This document shows positions 1 to 12,634 of a stretch of DNA of 64,000 nt, in pieces. Numbering within the stretch: the stretch's first letter is position 1; each line of letters starts with the position of its first letter. Source of the stretch: the human T2T-CHM13v2.0 reference genome, Homo sapiens. A program made the translations under genes and the position numbers. The stretch lies in the NCBI RefSeq assembly GCF_009914755.1, contig NC_060936.1; one strand, written 5' to 3'. The notes under the pieces are model-generated. The model ran no database searches. It worked only from the letters and a program-made list of their open reading frames with translations, and was not told the origin of the DNA.

Positions 1-772
1 TCTGGGACAGAGGACACCATGTCCTGAGGCTGCACACGGCAATGGGGCCCTGGGCCCAGCCCAAAAAAACATTTTACCCTCCTAGGCCTCTGGGCCCATG
101 ATGGGAGGGGCTGTCTTGAAGATCTCTGACATTCTCTGGAGACATTTTCCCCATTGCCTTAGTGATTCTAAGACATTCGGCTTCTCCTTACTTATGCAAA
201 TTTCTGCAACCAGTTGGAAATTCTCCCCCAGAAAATGGGTTTTTCTTTTATATCACACGGTCAGGCTGTAAATTTTCCAAACTTTTATGCTCTGCTTTTC
301 TTTTAAACATACGTTCCAATTTCAAACCATCTCTGTGAGCTCATATAACTGTATGCTTTCAGGAAAAATCAGGTCACTTCTTAAATGCTTTGCTTCTTAG
401 AAATTTCTTCTGCTAGATTCCCTAAATCATCTCTCTCAAGTTTAAAGTTCCACAGATCTCTAGGGCAGGGGAAAAATGCCTCCAATCTCTTTGCTAAAGC
501 ATAGCAAGAGTGGCCTTTGCTCCAGTTCCCAATAAGCTCCTCATCTCCATCTGAAATCACTTCAGCCTGGACTTCATTGTCTATATCACTATCAGCATTT
601 TAGCCAAAACCATTCAACAAGTCTCTAGGAAGTTCTAAACTTTTCCACATCTTTCTATCTTCTTCTGAGCCCTCCAAGCTATTCCAACCTCTGCCGGTTA
701 TCCAGTTCCAAAGTTGCTTCCACATTCTCAGATATCTTTTAGCAATGTCCCACTACCTTGGTACCAATTCTG
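1..772 (-). mobile_element. MaLR (MST/THE1-type) internal sequence, 5' part; runs off the window start
   Basis: The minus strand reads GAATTGGTACCAAGGTAGTGGGACATTGCT...GTGGAAGCAACTTTGGAACTGG...GGAGGGCTCAGAAGAAGA directly after the LTR, the typical start of MST/THE1 internal sequence. Confidence 0.85.
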
Positions 773-1136
773 TGTATTAGTCTGTTTTCACACTGCTATA
801 AAGACAGTACCTGAGACTGGGTAATTTATAAAGAAAGATCTAATTGGCTCACAGTTCCATATGGCTGGGGAGGTCTCAGAGAACTTATAATCATGGCAGA
901 AGGTGAAGGGGAAGCAAACCACATCTTACATGCTGGCAAGTGAGAGACAGTGAGGAAATGCCACACTTTAAAACCATCAGCTTTCATGAGAACACACTCA
1001 TTATCACTAGAACAGCATGGGGAAAACAAACACCCCCGCCATGATCCAATCACTTCCCACCAGGTTCCTCCCTCAACACATGGGGATTGCAGTTTGAAAT
1101 AAGATTTGAATGGTGACACAGAGCCAAATCATATCA
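773..1136 (-). mobile_element. MaLR LTR (MSTA/THE1D-like), 5' LTR of the element
   Basis: TGTATTAGTCTGTTTTCACACTGCTATAAAG...GAGCCAAATCATATCA, the reverse complement of an MST/THE1 LTR with TG..CA termini. Confidence 0.9.
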
Positions 1137-1490
1137 ATGGTGATGGTGATGATGATGGTGATGGTGATGATGGTGGTAATGATGGTGATGATACTGGTGA
1201 TGGTGATATTGATGGTGATAATGGTGATTTTGATGGTGATGATGATGGTGTTGTAATGGTAATGATGGTGATGGTGATGATTTTGGTAATGATGGTGATG
1301 ATGATAATGGTAATGTGGAGGTGATGATGGTGATGATTATGGTGATGGTGATAATGACGGTGATGGTGATGATAGTGGTGATGATGATCATGGTAATGTG
1401 GAGGTAATGGTGATGATTATGATGATGGCGATGATAGTGGTGATGATTATATTGATGGTGGTGATAATTATGTTGATGATGATGATCATG
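1137..1490. repeat. Degenerate (GAT/GGT)n trinucleotide tract
   Basis: Directly visible; it generates the poly-D/M/V/H/I ORFs. Confidence 0.95.
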
Positions 1491-1534
1491 ACAGTATCAG
1501 CAAGGGAAGCAGGCACTGTAGTAGCAACCCAAAT

Positions 1535-1735
1535 AAACATTGCATGGGTTATTTTTACCAGACACTATTCTAGACACCTCACATATGTCAGGTCACTCAA
1601 TTGACACCACAACACCTGAGGTAAGTGCTCCTGATCTCCATTTGATAAATGAGAAGCTGAGGCACAGAGAAGTCAAGTCACCTCCCTAAGGGCACACAGG
1701 ATGTGGCAGTGCTGGGATTCAGAGCAGGCACCTCA
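1535..1735 (-). mobile_element. MIR SINE
   Basis: MIR core in antisense: ATGAGAAGCTGAGGCACAGAGAAGTCAAGTCAC...GGGATTC. Confidence 0.75.
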
Positions 1736-1779
1736 TCCCAGAATCAGTGGACTCAGAAACAATGCCCTGAGCTAATAGG

Positions 1780-2130
1780 TAAATGCTTTCAGTGACAGTA
1801 ACAAGTGTCATGAAGACCATTAAGAGGGTGATGTGAGTGTGCCTTGGGGTGAGGAGGCTGCATTCAATGAGAGGTCAAGGAAGGCCTCTCTGAGTAAACA
1901 CTGGTTGGAGATAGGAAGGATGAGGGTTGTGAGAAGTGTTCAGCCAGGTGTCACAGCAAGTGCAAAGGCCCTGGGGTGGAGTGAGCTTGGAGCATTCAAG
2001 GAACAGCAAGAAGGCCAAAGAGGCTGAAGCAAAATAAACAGAGGGGGAGATGGAGCCTGGGCCATGGGGGCCTCACAGTCCATGGGACATGGTGTGGGTT
2101 TATTGTGAGTGGGTGGAAGCCCCCGGAGCC
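1780..2130 (-). mobile_element. L2 LINE fragment
   Basis: GGTCAAGGAAGGCCTCTCTGAG...CAGCAAGTGCAAAGGCCCTGGGG...AGGAACAGCAAGAAGGCCA, typical of the L2 3' region in antisense. Confidence 0.65.
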
Positions 2131-3959
2131 CCTGCAGGGAATCACCTCAGTCACTCCATGATGCCTGAGTGTGTGATGCTGATTCTGGGCTATGGGGCAG
2201 GTTGGGGCCTCTGCTGTGTCCTGGGGACAATGGGAGGAATCTGCTCCCAGCAATTATAAACACATCACGAGCAAGATGGCAAGCGCCCTCTCTGAGGTAA
2301 TCATGTTTGGGAAAGGCCCTCCTAACACACCGCATTTCCAGGAGCTAGAATGTCTTGACCTGGCCTAGAACACCACTGTGCAAATCAAGGGACGTGTGTT
2401 CATTTGAGTGGATTGCAGCAGCCAGGGTGGGGCCCAGCGTTGGGAATTAGATCCAGGTTGTGCTTCTGTGAGAAGTTCTGTCTCTATACAAGTCAACAGC
2501 ACCATGGGAGCTCTGGTCCCTTCCCAGGTCATCAGGAGACTTTGGGGTGAATTTATAAGTAGAGGCAGCTGAGCCCTTATGAAGTTATCCTAGACATCTT
2601 GGAGGCCTGAGTGGGCCACATCTCTGCAGGCAGGACCACCAGGCAGGGAGTGGGCAGCTTTGTTGTCAGGGACAAGGCTGCAATTAAACATCTCATTGCC
2701 CTGGCTCCCCCTCCGGGACTGCCTGCAGGAAAACCAATGATCAGAAATGCAGCTGGTGGGGTGCCCAGACTCCTCAAGGCCCTGCCTTCATCTGATGATG
2801 CTGCTGAGCTTTGCACATGAACTGTGCCATCCCAGGAGGCTGTGCTCTCATGAGGAGGTGTGTGACTGTCTTAATGAGACATCCCTGGCACTGAGCCAAC
2901 CTAATCTCAGATCCTCAGGGTGAGTTCTTTGAGCTCTGACTGTCATCATCCCCTATGACAGCCTGGCTGAGTCCTGGGGGATGGGTGCTCTGACACTCAG
3001 ATCATGGATAGGGCTGCCATTGTAGAGAGGAAGACACCAGCATGCACCAGCCCACACCCCGCCCCCTTCATCCTCTTCTGCCCCTCACAGGCCTCATTGG
3101 GGAATGCTTGGAATTATTCCAGGACAGCTTTGTCCTTTGCCCAGTGCTGTGTCCCCAGGTAAACAGTGGGTGCCTGCAGAGAGAGGTCCTCACGGGGACA
3201 GAGCCTGCAGTGTCACAGGGCCCATGCCACCTCCCTCCTGGGTACACTTAGAGCCCATTCCCAGCCTCCCTGTGTCAGGTGGGGTCAGACGACCAAGCTC
3301 TGCCCAGAGGGCAGCACTTCCAGGCAGGCCTATGGAGAAGGCCCTGCAATTCTCGCATTTTCTCTTCCTTATGAGCCAGTTAGACAGAGAGGACCCCAGG
3401 GGCTCAGAGGACAGTGGAGGGAGTCGACGCAGGAGCCCGGGCCCTGATTGACCGTGGGGGGAGGGGTGATCCTGTGCCCCACTTTGGAATGTCCCGAATG
3501 AACTTTCGACTCATACTGGTTGAAGTCCCTGCAGGAGTGGGGTCTGCTGTCAGAGTCTGTCGCCCACCCTGACCAAACAGCCATGAGTCCAGACTCAGTT
3601 CCTCTCACTTTGGTCTGAATGTATCAGCTCCCCTGTTCCAGGGGACATGCTCTGGGGGATTCCAATATGGGGACAAAGGAGAGAAGACTGGCCTCCTTGC
3701 AGGAGAAAGGCCCGAAGTTAATTCCGGCTGGAATGACCCGTGTCCTCTTTCCTCCTAACTTGAGGATCTCACCCCGCAGTGCACAGGAATTAACTTCGTT
3801 TGTGGACACTTGGTTTGATCCTGCCAAACGTCTGTTCTCCATCCCTTTGAGACAGTTCTTACCTTTCCCTTCCCCTACCTTGCCTCCGTCACCTGTGATT
3901 TGTAGGAGGCTGATTCATCCTCCATCCCAGCTCCTGTAGCCCAGGCCTGGTCAGCAGCA

Positions 3960-4331
3960 GCCTTGGCCCTGGACTCAGTGATGGGTTACAGATGGTCTCA
4001 CAGCCCCTGCCAGGGCAGGAGGCTGAATTCCAGAACTTTGTGGGAACTAGCAGAAGCAGGGAGCTCTCTCTCCACTGCAGTTGGGAGGCTGGTGGGGTGT
4101 CAGCCTGGGATGGCTGAGAGCATCACACAGAGAAAACCCTGCAAGTAAAGGCAACAGATGAAAGCAAGTTAAAGCTGGAGAGAGCCTGAGAGAGGATGGA
4201 AACGACTGCCCTTGAGGTCTGGACAGAAGCTCCCATTACACGAAAGGGTGCATGAGTTTTATTTGTTTTTTCACCTAAGCCAGCTTCAGTTGGGTTTGTC
4301 ACTTGCCACAAAAAGGGCACTGACAAATGTA
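3960..4331 (+). mobile_element. Old MaLR LTR (MLT1J/K-like)
   Basis: The 3' end CCTAAGCCAGCTTCAGTTGGGTTTGTCACTTGCCAC...CTGACAAATGTA resembles the MLT1J/K terminus; the 5' boundary is uncertain. Confidence 0.55.
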
Positions 4332-5614
4332 GTTTAAGAAGAGAAGCTGGAAGCAGCAAATGCTTCACAAAACCCAGGAACATTTGCCCTTTCACTTGCT
4401 GGATTCCATGCTGTTGCTGGAGCGAGAGCCTCTCCAGTCCTGCCCAGCTGAGTCATCACTGCTGACGCCAGTGGAGGATCTGGCAGGAGCCCTCTGCTCC
4501 TCATTTGGGCGCCCTCAGGGACATACACCCAGGGGTGTTCCAGGAAATTTAGCAGGGAAGGTAATGTTGACTTTATTTTCTTCTTTTCATGTCTTCCTAA
4601 TGGACCTGTTAATCTCTGCTGTTGATTTGCCATTTCTTTCCTGCAAAGGTAAACTCTCATTCACAGGCTCATTAACCATGCGTGCTATTCTGGGCTTACT
4701 CCGTGGGGGTGTCCTGGAGTTCAGGATCATTCACAGGGGTCAGGGGCGTGGATCAGGTCTAAATGGTGCCATCGATGACACTGGTTCTCAGAGAGGCCGA
4801 AAGATGCCCATCATCACCACCCAGCACTCCAGGAAAAGACTCAGCCCAACGTTCCACCACCAGGGATGGGACTCAGTGAGGGGGTGATGCTGTGGGAGCC
4901 GCCACCCCTGCTACTTCAGAGTCAAATGTCCTGTCCATGATGGGGGTCAGATGGGCCTGATGGCCAAAGGAGACTCATGGGCAAGGCTCACAGAGCTGCA
5001 GGGTGTCAGGAGCAGATAGCAGAGCAACCACAGTAAAGTCAGGGTGTGTGTCCCGGCCACGTGAGGGGGCCTGAGACGCCCTGGTTGAGATTCGGTGCCT
5101 GGAGGAGTGTCTTCCTGGGAGCAGCTAGAGCACTGAAAGCCATGTCTGGGAGGCCTGGAGGTGTGTGGGGGGCTGGGTGCACATCCAGGAGTCTGGGGAT
5201 GATGCCTGGCGAGGCCAGTGGCACATCCCACGTGCAGAATCCCGAAGGCAGCCCGTGGCCAGGCCCCCCCGTGGCACGGGCAATGGAGAGGATAGCCACT
5301 GGGCAGTCTGCCATGACAGCTCATGTTTGGAGCTGGACACATGAGTCCTGAAGGCCAAGGGTCTATTGGGGAAGCCCCGGGCCAGAGCCATCTAGAGGCA
5401 GCCCCATTTACACAGCCACAGAGGAGCTGCAGAGTCCACAGGGCGTGGGAAGACCAAGGTCTGCTGGAGAGTGTGTCAGTGGCCAGGCCTTGGTGGACAG
5501 AGTGGTGGAGCCTCCCAGGACAGCAGCACACTGGACTGACCACAGCAGAGGGGCTGACATGAGGTCACAGACACCCAGCCAGGGAGAATGTCCCTGACCT
5601 CAAAGCCCCACCCC

Positions 5615-5740
5615 CCAACTCACTCACTCACTCCTCACTCATTCCTTCATCAATGAGTGCTCGCTGAGTGCCAGCCAGGTTCCAGGGACTGGGACTCCCA
5701 CGGGGAATTGAAGAGCCCAAATCTCTGTGTCAGGGGTCAT
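5615..5740 (-). mobile_element. L2 3' end with (TCAC)n tail
   Basis: CTCACTCACTCA...CATTCCTTCATCAATGAGTGCTCGCTGAGTGCCAGCCAGG. Confidence 0.5.
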
Positions 5741-6339
5741 GCAGTGTAGCAGAAACTATCAAGGGAAACAGGGAACAGAAGTAAATATAATGGACATTAG
5801 GAAATTACCCATCAGTGATTCTATGGAGGGAGGGCTGGTGCCCACAGGAAAACAGCTGTTTGCAGTGGCGGGTTGTGCCCTCAGGGTGGGTGTGTTCCCT
5901 GATGGTCACCACACCTGGGTTCCCTGGGACATGACCCTGTGCCTGTCCCTGCCTTGGTGCAGACACCTGAGTCTCTGGGCTCCTGGATCAGAGCTGGATT
6001 CGGGCGCCCAGAAGCCATCCCTCCTGCCCCTCCCAGCCCCATCACAGCCGCTCAGCCATCATCGGACCCCTACCAGGGAGGCCACGCCAGGCCATGAATC
6101 CTCCTGGAGACTGTGCTCATCATCCTTGGGGATGCAGGACCGATGAGATGCAGACAGGACATAGCTTTCTGAAGAAGACAGAGGGATAACTGAGAGGCAG
6201 CCGTGTGACACAGGGGAGAAGCTCCACTGGTCAGAGGCAGATGCAAAGCCCCAGCCAGGACACAGGTGGGGCATGTGATGAAGGGGACAGGACACTACTA
6301 GGCAGGAGTTGGCTGACAGTCTGTTCTGCTGGTCACCAG

Positions 6340-6450
6340 CACTCAGCCAAGAGGCCTTGAGAAAGTTATCACCCCCATGTGCCTCAGTTTCTCCATCTGC
6401 ACAAAGAGAAGTGTGAATGGAGCCCAAGTTCCCCTCCATTCTAAGAGCCT
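6340..6450 (+). mobile_element. MIR fragment
   Basis: Core TGTGCCTCAGTTTCTCCATCTGCACAAAGAG. Confidence 0.5.
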
Positions 6451-6661
6451 AGGCAAGAGGACCTTGTGAAGGACCTTCTGCCAGGGCAGGTGGCAATAGT
6501 GGGGACAAAGTGAGGGACTTTCTGAGCCTGGAGACCCCTGAGCAGGGGTTTAGAAGCAAGAAATATCCAGAAGGAGAAAATCAAGAATGAAAGGCCAAGT
6601 CATAAATTTCCCGACTGCCTCTGTCCAGAAGGTCCAGTAATTGGTCTGTCACTCATTAGGT

Positions 6662-7725
6662 CATCCACCCCCCCCAACCCATCCATCACCCATTTATCTA
6701 TCAACCCCCTCACCCATCCATCATCCATCCATCCATCCATCCACCCACCCATACATCATTCATCCATCCATCCACCCATCTACCCATCCATCCATCCATC
6801 ATCCATCCATCCATCCATCCACCCATCATCCATCCACCCACCCACGTACCCACCCATTTATCATCCATCCATTCATTCACCCACCCACCCATCCATCCAT
6901 CATCCATCCATCCACCCATGCATCCATCCATACATCATCCAGCTGCTCATCCATCCATCCACCCCTCACCCATCCCTCATCCATCCATCCATCAACCTCC
7001 CCACCCATCCGTCATCCATCCATCCATCAACCCCCCTACCTATCCGTCATCCATCCATCCATCCACCCACCCATCCATCATTCATCCATCCATCCACCCA
7101 TCTACCCATCCATCCATCATCCATCCATCCACCCATCCATCCATTCACCCATCCATCCATCCATCATCCATCCATCCATCATCCATCCATCCACCCAACT
7201 ACCCATCTACACATCCACCCATCCATCCATCATCCATCCATCCACCCATCTACCCATCCATCCACCCATCTACCCATCCATCCATCATCCATCCACCCAC
7301 CCATCCATCCATTCACCCATCCATCCATCATCCATCCATCCATCATCCATCCATCCATCCACCCATCTACCCACCATCTACCCATCCACCCATCCATCCA
7401 TCATCCATCCATCCACCCATCTACCCATCCATCCCCCCATCTACCCATCCATCCACCCACCCACCCACCCATCCATCATCCATCCATCCATTATCCACCC
7501 ATCCACCCATCCACCCATCTATCCATCCACCCTTCCACCCATCCATCCATCATCCATCTATCATCCATCCACCCATCCATCCACCCATTCACCCATTCAT
7601 CCATCATCCATCCATCCATCCACCCATTCATCCATCATCCATACATCTATCCACCCACCCTGCCCACCCATCCACCCACATACCAATCCAGCCATCCACT
7701 CACCCATCCATCCATCTATCATCCA
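6662..7725. repeat. About 1.06 kb (TCCA)n/(CCCA)n/(TCA) low-complexity array
   Basis: Directly visible; source of the 390 aa and 271 aa H/P/S/I ORFs. Confidence 0.95.
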
Positions 7726-7950
7726 TTCATTAATTTATCCATTTATTCAGCGAATGTTTGACGAGTGTCTGTTGTGTGCCAGTGACTGTTGCAGGTACCA
7801 TGGACAAAAGTGAACAAAGCAACATGGCCCCTCCGGAGCACTGCATTTTAATGGGGAGAAACAGGCAATAAATTAATACGTTGGTAAAATACGTACCATG
7901 TCAGATGACGTATTGTGGAGAAACATAAATGGGGAAGTGGGTATGGAGAT
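7720..7950 (-). mobile_element. L2 3' end
   Basis: CATTCATTAATTTATCCATTTATTCAGCGAATGTTTGACGAGTGTCTGTTGTGTGCCAG...GTGAACAAAGCA...GGGGAGAAACAGGCAATAAA. Confidence 0.75.
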
Positions 7951-8799
7951 GCCCAAGTCACCCTGCTTCTCCCACTGAGATGAAGTAATCCGTCTCTCTC
8001 TTCTGCTCCTCTACTCCCCATCTTACCATCCTCCAGACAAAACTTCCCCAGATGTAGCCAGATGGTGTCCCTCCCACAGTGGGACACTTCTGATTCTTCC
8101 ACAGTCCCTGGAATAAAATTTCTATCAAGGCTGAGGAGCCCTCTCCCCATGAGCCGACCCTACCTACCTCCCCAGGTCACCACCTGCACTGCCCCAGCCA
8201 CTGGTTTCTTTCCATTTGTTAGTTCTGGACACTCACTATGGATGGCTTTTAGGTCTGAGTCATGCGCCATACCAAACTACTGCTGACTGCTGCAAACTTC
8301 TCAGAGGTGCTCAGAGCTGTGCAGTGTCTGCAGGATCCTTTTTCAGGAACAAGAACCGCCCAATAAGGAGCAGTTCTGAGAAGCCCTGGGTCTTGTTTTC
8401 TCTCCAGAAAAGAGCCTGGGTTTTACGAATATTAAGGTCTGCTCCCCATTCCTCATGGGCTCCTAGCAAGGATTCTTCCCTGAGATCACCCAGAGACTCT
8501 GAGGGTAGAATAAGCGTAAGTGTGCCTGATCTTTTGGCTGAGTTTTCCACCTGGGAGCGCTGAGATGCACTAAGATGCAGGAATTTCTCTGCCACGTGCC
8601 TCTTGTTCATCGTGTGTCTGTGCTTTGAGACCACAGGTGGCTTCACCTTCGCTCATCCCCTGAAAAGCAGGAGCAGCATTTACCCATCAGTAGTGTGATT
8701 TTGAGGGTGGTTTGTTGCTGCTGTTTAAACTAAGGTGGTTTAAATTCCAAGTGCTCCCTCCAAAATCCTTCCAAAATAAATGGTGCATCAAGAATGGGC

Positions 8800-9060
8800 T
8801 TCAGAACACTCTGGGGCCCCCTGTCTCCACCTGCAGCATCAGCACCACCTGGAACTCATTAAAGATTTGAATTCTTGGGCCCTCCCCCTCACCTATCCAA
8901 TCAGAAAAAAACATTTTAACAAGACCCCCAGGAGTCCCTGTGCTCATCAAGCTTGAGAATTGCTACTTTGATAAATCAGTTCTCACACCTGCTGCACAGT
9001 GCAGCCCTCTGAGGACTTTAAAAGGTTCTGATGCCTGCTTTGCACCCCCAAAATTTCTGA
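8800..9060. mobile_element. MER5A-like hAT-Charlie remnant followed by a MER5B-like piece
   Basis: GCAGCATCAGCACCACCTGGAACTCATTAAA...CATTTTAACAAGACCCCCAGG...AAGCTTGAGAATTGCT. Confidence 0.55.
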
Positions 9061-9309
9061 GAGCTAGTTGGCATGTGGTAGGGGAGCAGTTAGAGCTGCT
9101 GAGTGACCCCAATTTGTGGCAGAGCTTCGGAATCACTGATTTAGGGAAACCAGGAGAAAGGAACCGGGAAGCCCTGTCATCCGACAGTGGGTGGTCTCTG
9201 TCTATACCTCAGAAGGGCTGTGCCTCATTGTACAATCCAATAGAGTGCTGTGTTTCCCCTCAAAGGACAACAGGCAGGGAAGGGAAAGGAGGGAACTGAT
9301 CCTAGATCC

Positions 9310-9725
9310 TCGCTGGTATAGGATGGTCCCCGCATGTGTGTGGCTGACCCAGCCTTCCCCTTCTCAGTTGTGGTTTTCAAACAACTGAAGAATCTGCTGA
9401 GAATGCAACATCCCCAGATAAGGAGGGACTAGAGCAACCCAGCCTCCGTTCCTGCCCCTCCTAGAACAGGATGTCCCACCTCAAGTCAGCCCATCAATCA
9501 TGTGTCCCCAGGGTAGACCCAGGGCAGGCGCTTTTCCAAGTTCTCAGCTGCAGTGCCACACAAGGGAGACACACAGGTGAGACTCCCTGAACCCTGGGCA
9601 GCTCAGCTCGCCTGAGCTCGTGAGACTGATGTGCCATGGATCCAAGGATTCTGCAGTCCCCTGCTGTCTATCTGGGAGTGATAAAGCTGATTTGTGTTCT
9701 GCCTCACCAGAGTCATGTGGGTGGG
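9310..9725 (+). mobile_element. ERVL solo LTR (MER74/MER54-like)
   Basis: CCCCTCCTAGAACAGGATGTCC...CCCAGGGCAGG...CTCAGCTGCAGTGC...CTGCTGTCTATCTGGGAGTGATAAA...GTGTTCTGCCTCACCAGA matches the remembered MER74-group layout. Confidence 0.5.
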
Positions 9726-11644
9726 AGTGTGGGCTAGAGATTGGGCGGCCATCTGCGGGAGGACCCAACTTAGATAAACTACTACAGGGACAGAAATGAA
9801 ATAAACACTTACAGGCACTGGGCTCTAATCCAGGTTCAATGGGTTTTCCCTCTCTTGGCCCTGGAGAGATCCTGACAGACACATTCCAGGGTCACCTGGC
9901 CCTGCTTCTCTCTCCCTGTGTTTTACCCACCACTCGAGCCTGGGCCAACTCTCAGTCAGAGGAACGTGTGGTGGGGACACGGTCCGAGATTTGAGACTCT
10001 GGGGGCATGGCCTCGTTGGCTTCGTGTCCTTACAGTGAGATGCCAGTGTGTGCAGCTCTCACGTCAGTCCTGAGCATGGTTCAGCTTTGGGTTCTCTGAT
10101 GAGCTCAGATCATCCCACCTGATGTACAGAAGGCCGAGTGTGCCAGGCAGGTGCCCACTGACACGTGCAAGGGCTGAGCCATCCTTACTCCTCTGCAGAA
10201 GAACTGTCTGTCCTCACACAGAGATCTCAGGTAAGAGGGAACCGGAGCCTGGGCAGCACTGCCAACCCTGCACGGGACTGTGGGACTGAATCCCGGGCTG
10301 TCTGAGGCTGGGAGGTTTCCACAGAGAACATGACCAGTCTCTTAGAGGAACTGCTGGGAGGACTGCGCCAGGATGCCCAGACACCCTGATGGGCTGAGAT
10401 GCCACCTGAGAATGGTTAATAATCCCTTCTGGACAGAGTTGCAACCCTCCCCTGAGAACCAGGGCTGCCTGCCGTGCACTCCTGGCATCTCTCCAGCTTT
10501 CCTCTGGAAGCTGCCTCCACTGTCTCCTCTCCAACTCGCAGCAGCACTTCTCCAGAGGCTCAGGCACCAAGCCCTGTGGCTTCAGGAGCCTCATGGCCTG
10601 GTTCATCCAGGCTGGTTCATCCTCAAAGGACTAGGACTGAAATGCTGTCCCATCAGCTGACCCACGTGCAGAGCCTGGGGTGGCCTCATATCTAGAGATC
10701 CACCATGGTGAATGACGGGAAGTCAAGCAAGGCAGCGTCCAGCATGTGGGCCTGGTTGATGCCACAGTTCCTGGCCCACCTCCTGGGGAATGATTCTAAG
10801 AAGTGTGGGGGCCTGGCATGGGCTCATGGTTGGAGACTCAGTCTTGCAAATGACTGGGCAACAGAGATAATTAACATCCGGGGACTTCCCTGGATATTTC
10901 CAGGAGCTTCAGCCTGGGTAGTCTGGAGTCAGCCTGGTTAATGGTTGGAGAATCAGTGTGGTCCATGAAGAGGAATAAATCTTCACACCAGGTGGCTCAG
11001 CCTGATTAACGTTGAGAGACTCAAGTTCTTGTGTCCCAGAGGGAGAAGGGAAAGCAAATACTCTAGTCTGTTCTTAAAAGGTAAAAAGGTGATTGTTAAA
11101 TGCCTGCTCTAAAAGCCCCTACGGTGAGTGAGAATCTGAGCTTGAATAGGCGCCTTGGTTCAGGTCCACTGTGAAGGACCCTTCACCTTCCTGCTCCTGG
11201 GTCCATTCATTCCCCACCTCAGCACACACTTGATGCCTCACATCTTCCTGGATTTTAATTGCCCATTGAGCTGCTCTGAGATCCACAGACTTCCATACTA
11301 GAGCTGGGAGAGACCAGCACTTGTTAAACTTATGCAATAAAATGTGAACTGGAATTAGAAACAGCCCTTGGTGAAGCTCAGTTCAAGAGGATGTTTTGGA
11401 ACTATAAGTGCAATTACTCAACATGAAGCCCTCCAGGGATGGTCAGCTGCTCATCCTGGTGAGATCATGAAATAAGGACTCCTCATGGTCAAGGTCCTCC
11501 CAGGGGGAAGTTGCTGGAGTGTGGGAGTGGAGCTGTAAGGGTTACAGGGATGAGTTGGGACACTGCCTTTCTGAAGTCTCAGCCCCAGTGCTAATTCTCT
11601 TAGGGGGCACGTGGCTTCCTGATGGTGTGGAAACAGTCACTAGC

Positions 11645-12185
11645 ATCTATTCATCATCCACCCACTTATCCACCCATCCACACATTTATCCATCCATCAT
11701 TCATCTATTCCTCCATCCGTCAACCCCTATACACATTCACATATCCATCCATCCATCCACCCATCCATCATCCATCTATCCACCCATCTACTCATATACC
11801 CATATACCCATTCGCCTATTCACCCATCCATTCACTTATCCATCCATCCACCCAACTACCTATATAGCCATTCACTTATCCATCCATCAATTCACTATCC
11901 ATCCATCATCCATCCATCCATTCACCCATCTACCCATTTACTTATTCATTCACCTATCCACACACTCATCCATTCATCATCCAACCATCTATCCACACGT
12001 CTACTCATTCACCCATCCATCCATTTATGACTTATCCACCACCCATCTGCCTATCTACTCATTTGCTTATTCATCCATCCACCCATTTACCCATTTACTG
12101 GTTTATCCATCCATCCATCTACCCATTTACTTCTTCATCTCTCCACCCATCCATCATCTATCATCCACTCATCCACCCCTTCATT
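11645..12185. repeat. Second, more degenerate (TCCA/TTCA/TCTA)n array
   Basis: Directly visible. Confidence 0.9.
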
Positions 12186-12280
12186 CAAACATGAATCAAA
12201 TGTCTGCTCAGTCTCAGGCACTGCTGGGCAGCTGGTTTTATAAAAGACCATGAAAAGAGACATTCTGCTGCCAAGAGCCT
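12180..12280 (-). mobile_element. L2 3' end
   Basis: TTCATTCAAACATGAATCAAATGTCTGCTCAGTCTCAGGCACTGCTGGGCAGCTGG. Confidence 0.55.
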
Positions 12281-12634
12281 CTATGCTCCATCAAAAGTAA
12301 TCTTGGGCAAGATCGTAAGATGCTTTGACAAAGATGCCGCCTAAGGTTGGGTAGCATTTTGATGACCCAGTGCAGCATCTATCTAGAAGTGGTGGGGCCT
12401 CTGCAGTGCTTTCTTGCCTCCTCATCCAGCCATCCAACAAACATTACTGAGCTTCACCAGCCCATATACTTGATTTAGTAAATGGCTTAAGAAACTTAGT
12501 CTCTTTGGGGGAGTTGGTCACAGGAACAGGATTTTTGGAGTCAAATAAGAGAAATGCAACTCAGAAATGCTAAGACCAATGGGAACATTTACTGACTCAA
12601 GGAATCAAAGAAGGGTCGTTTTGCACAAGTTATT

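Noticed and set aside
6641-7813. 390 aa and 271 aa His/Pro/Ser/Ile ORFs (also 11519-12253 and 1106-1604)
   Set aside because: They are translations of simple repeats.
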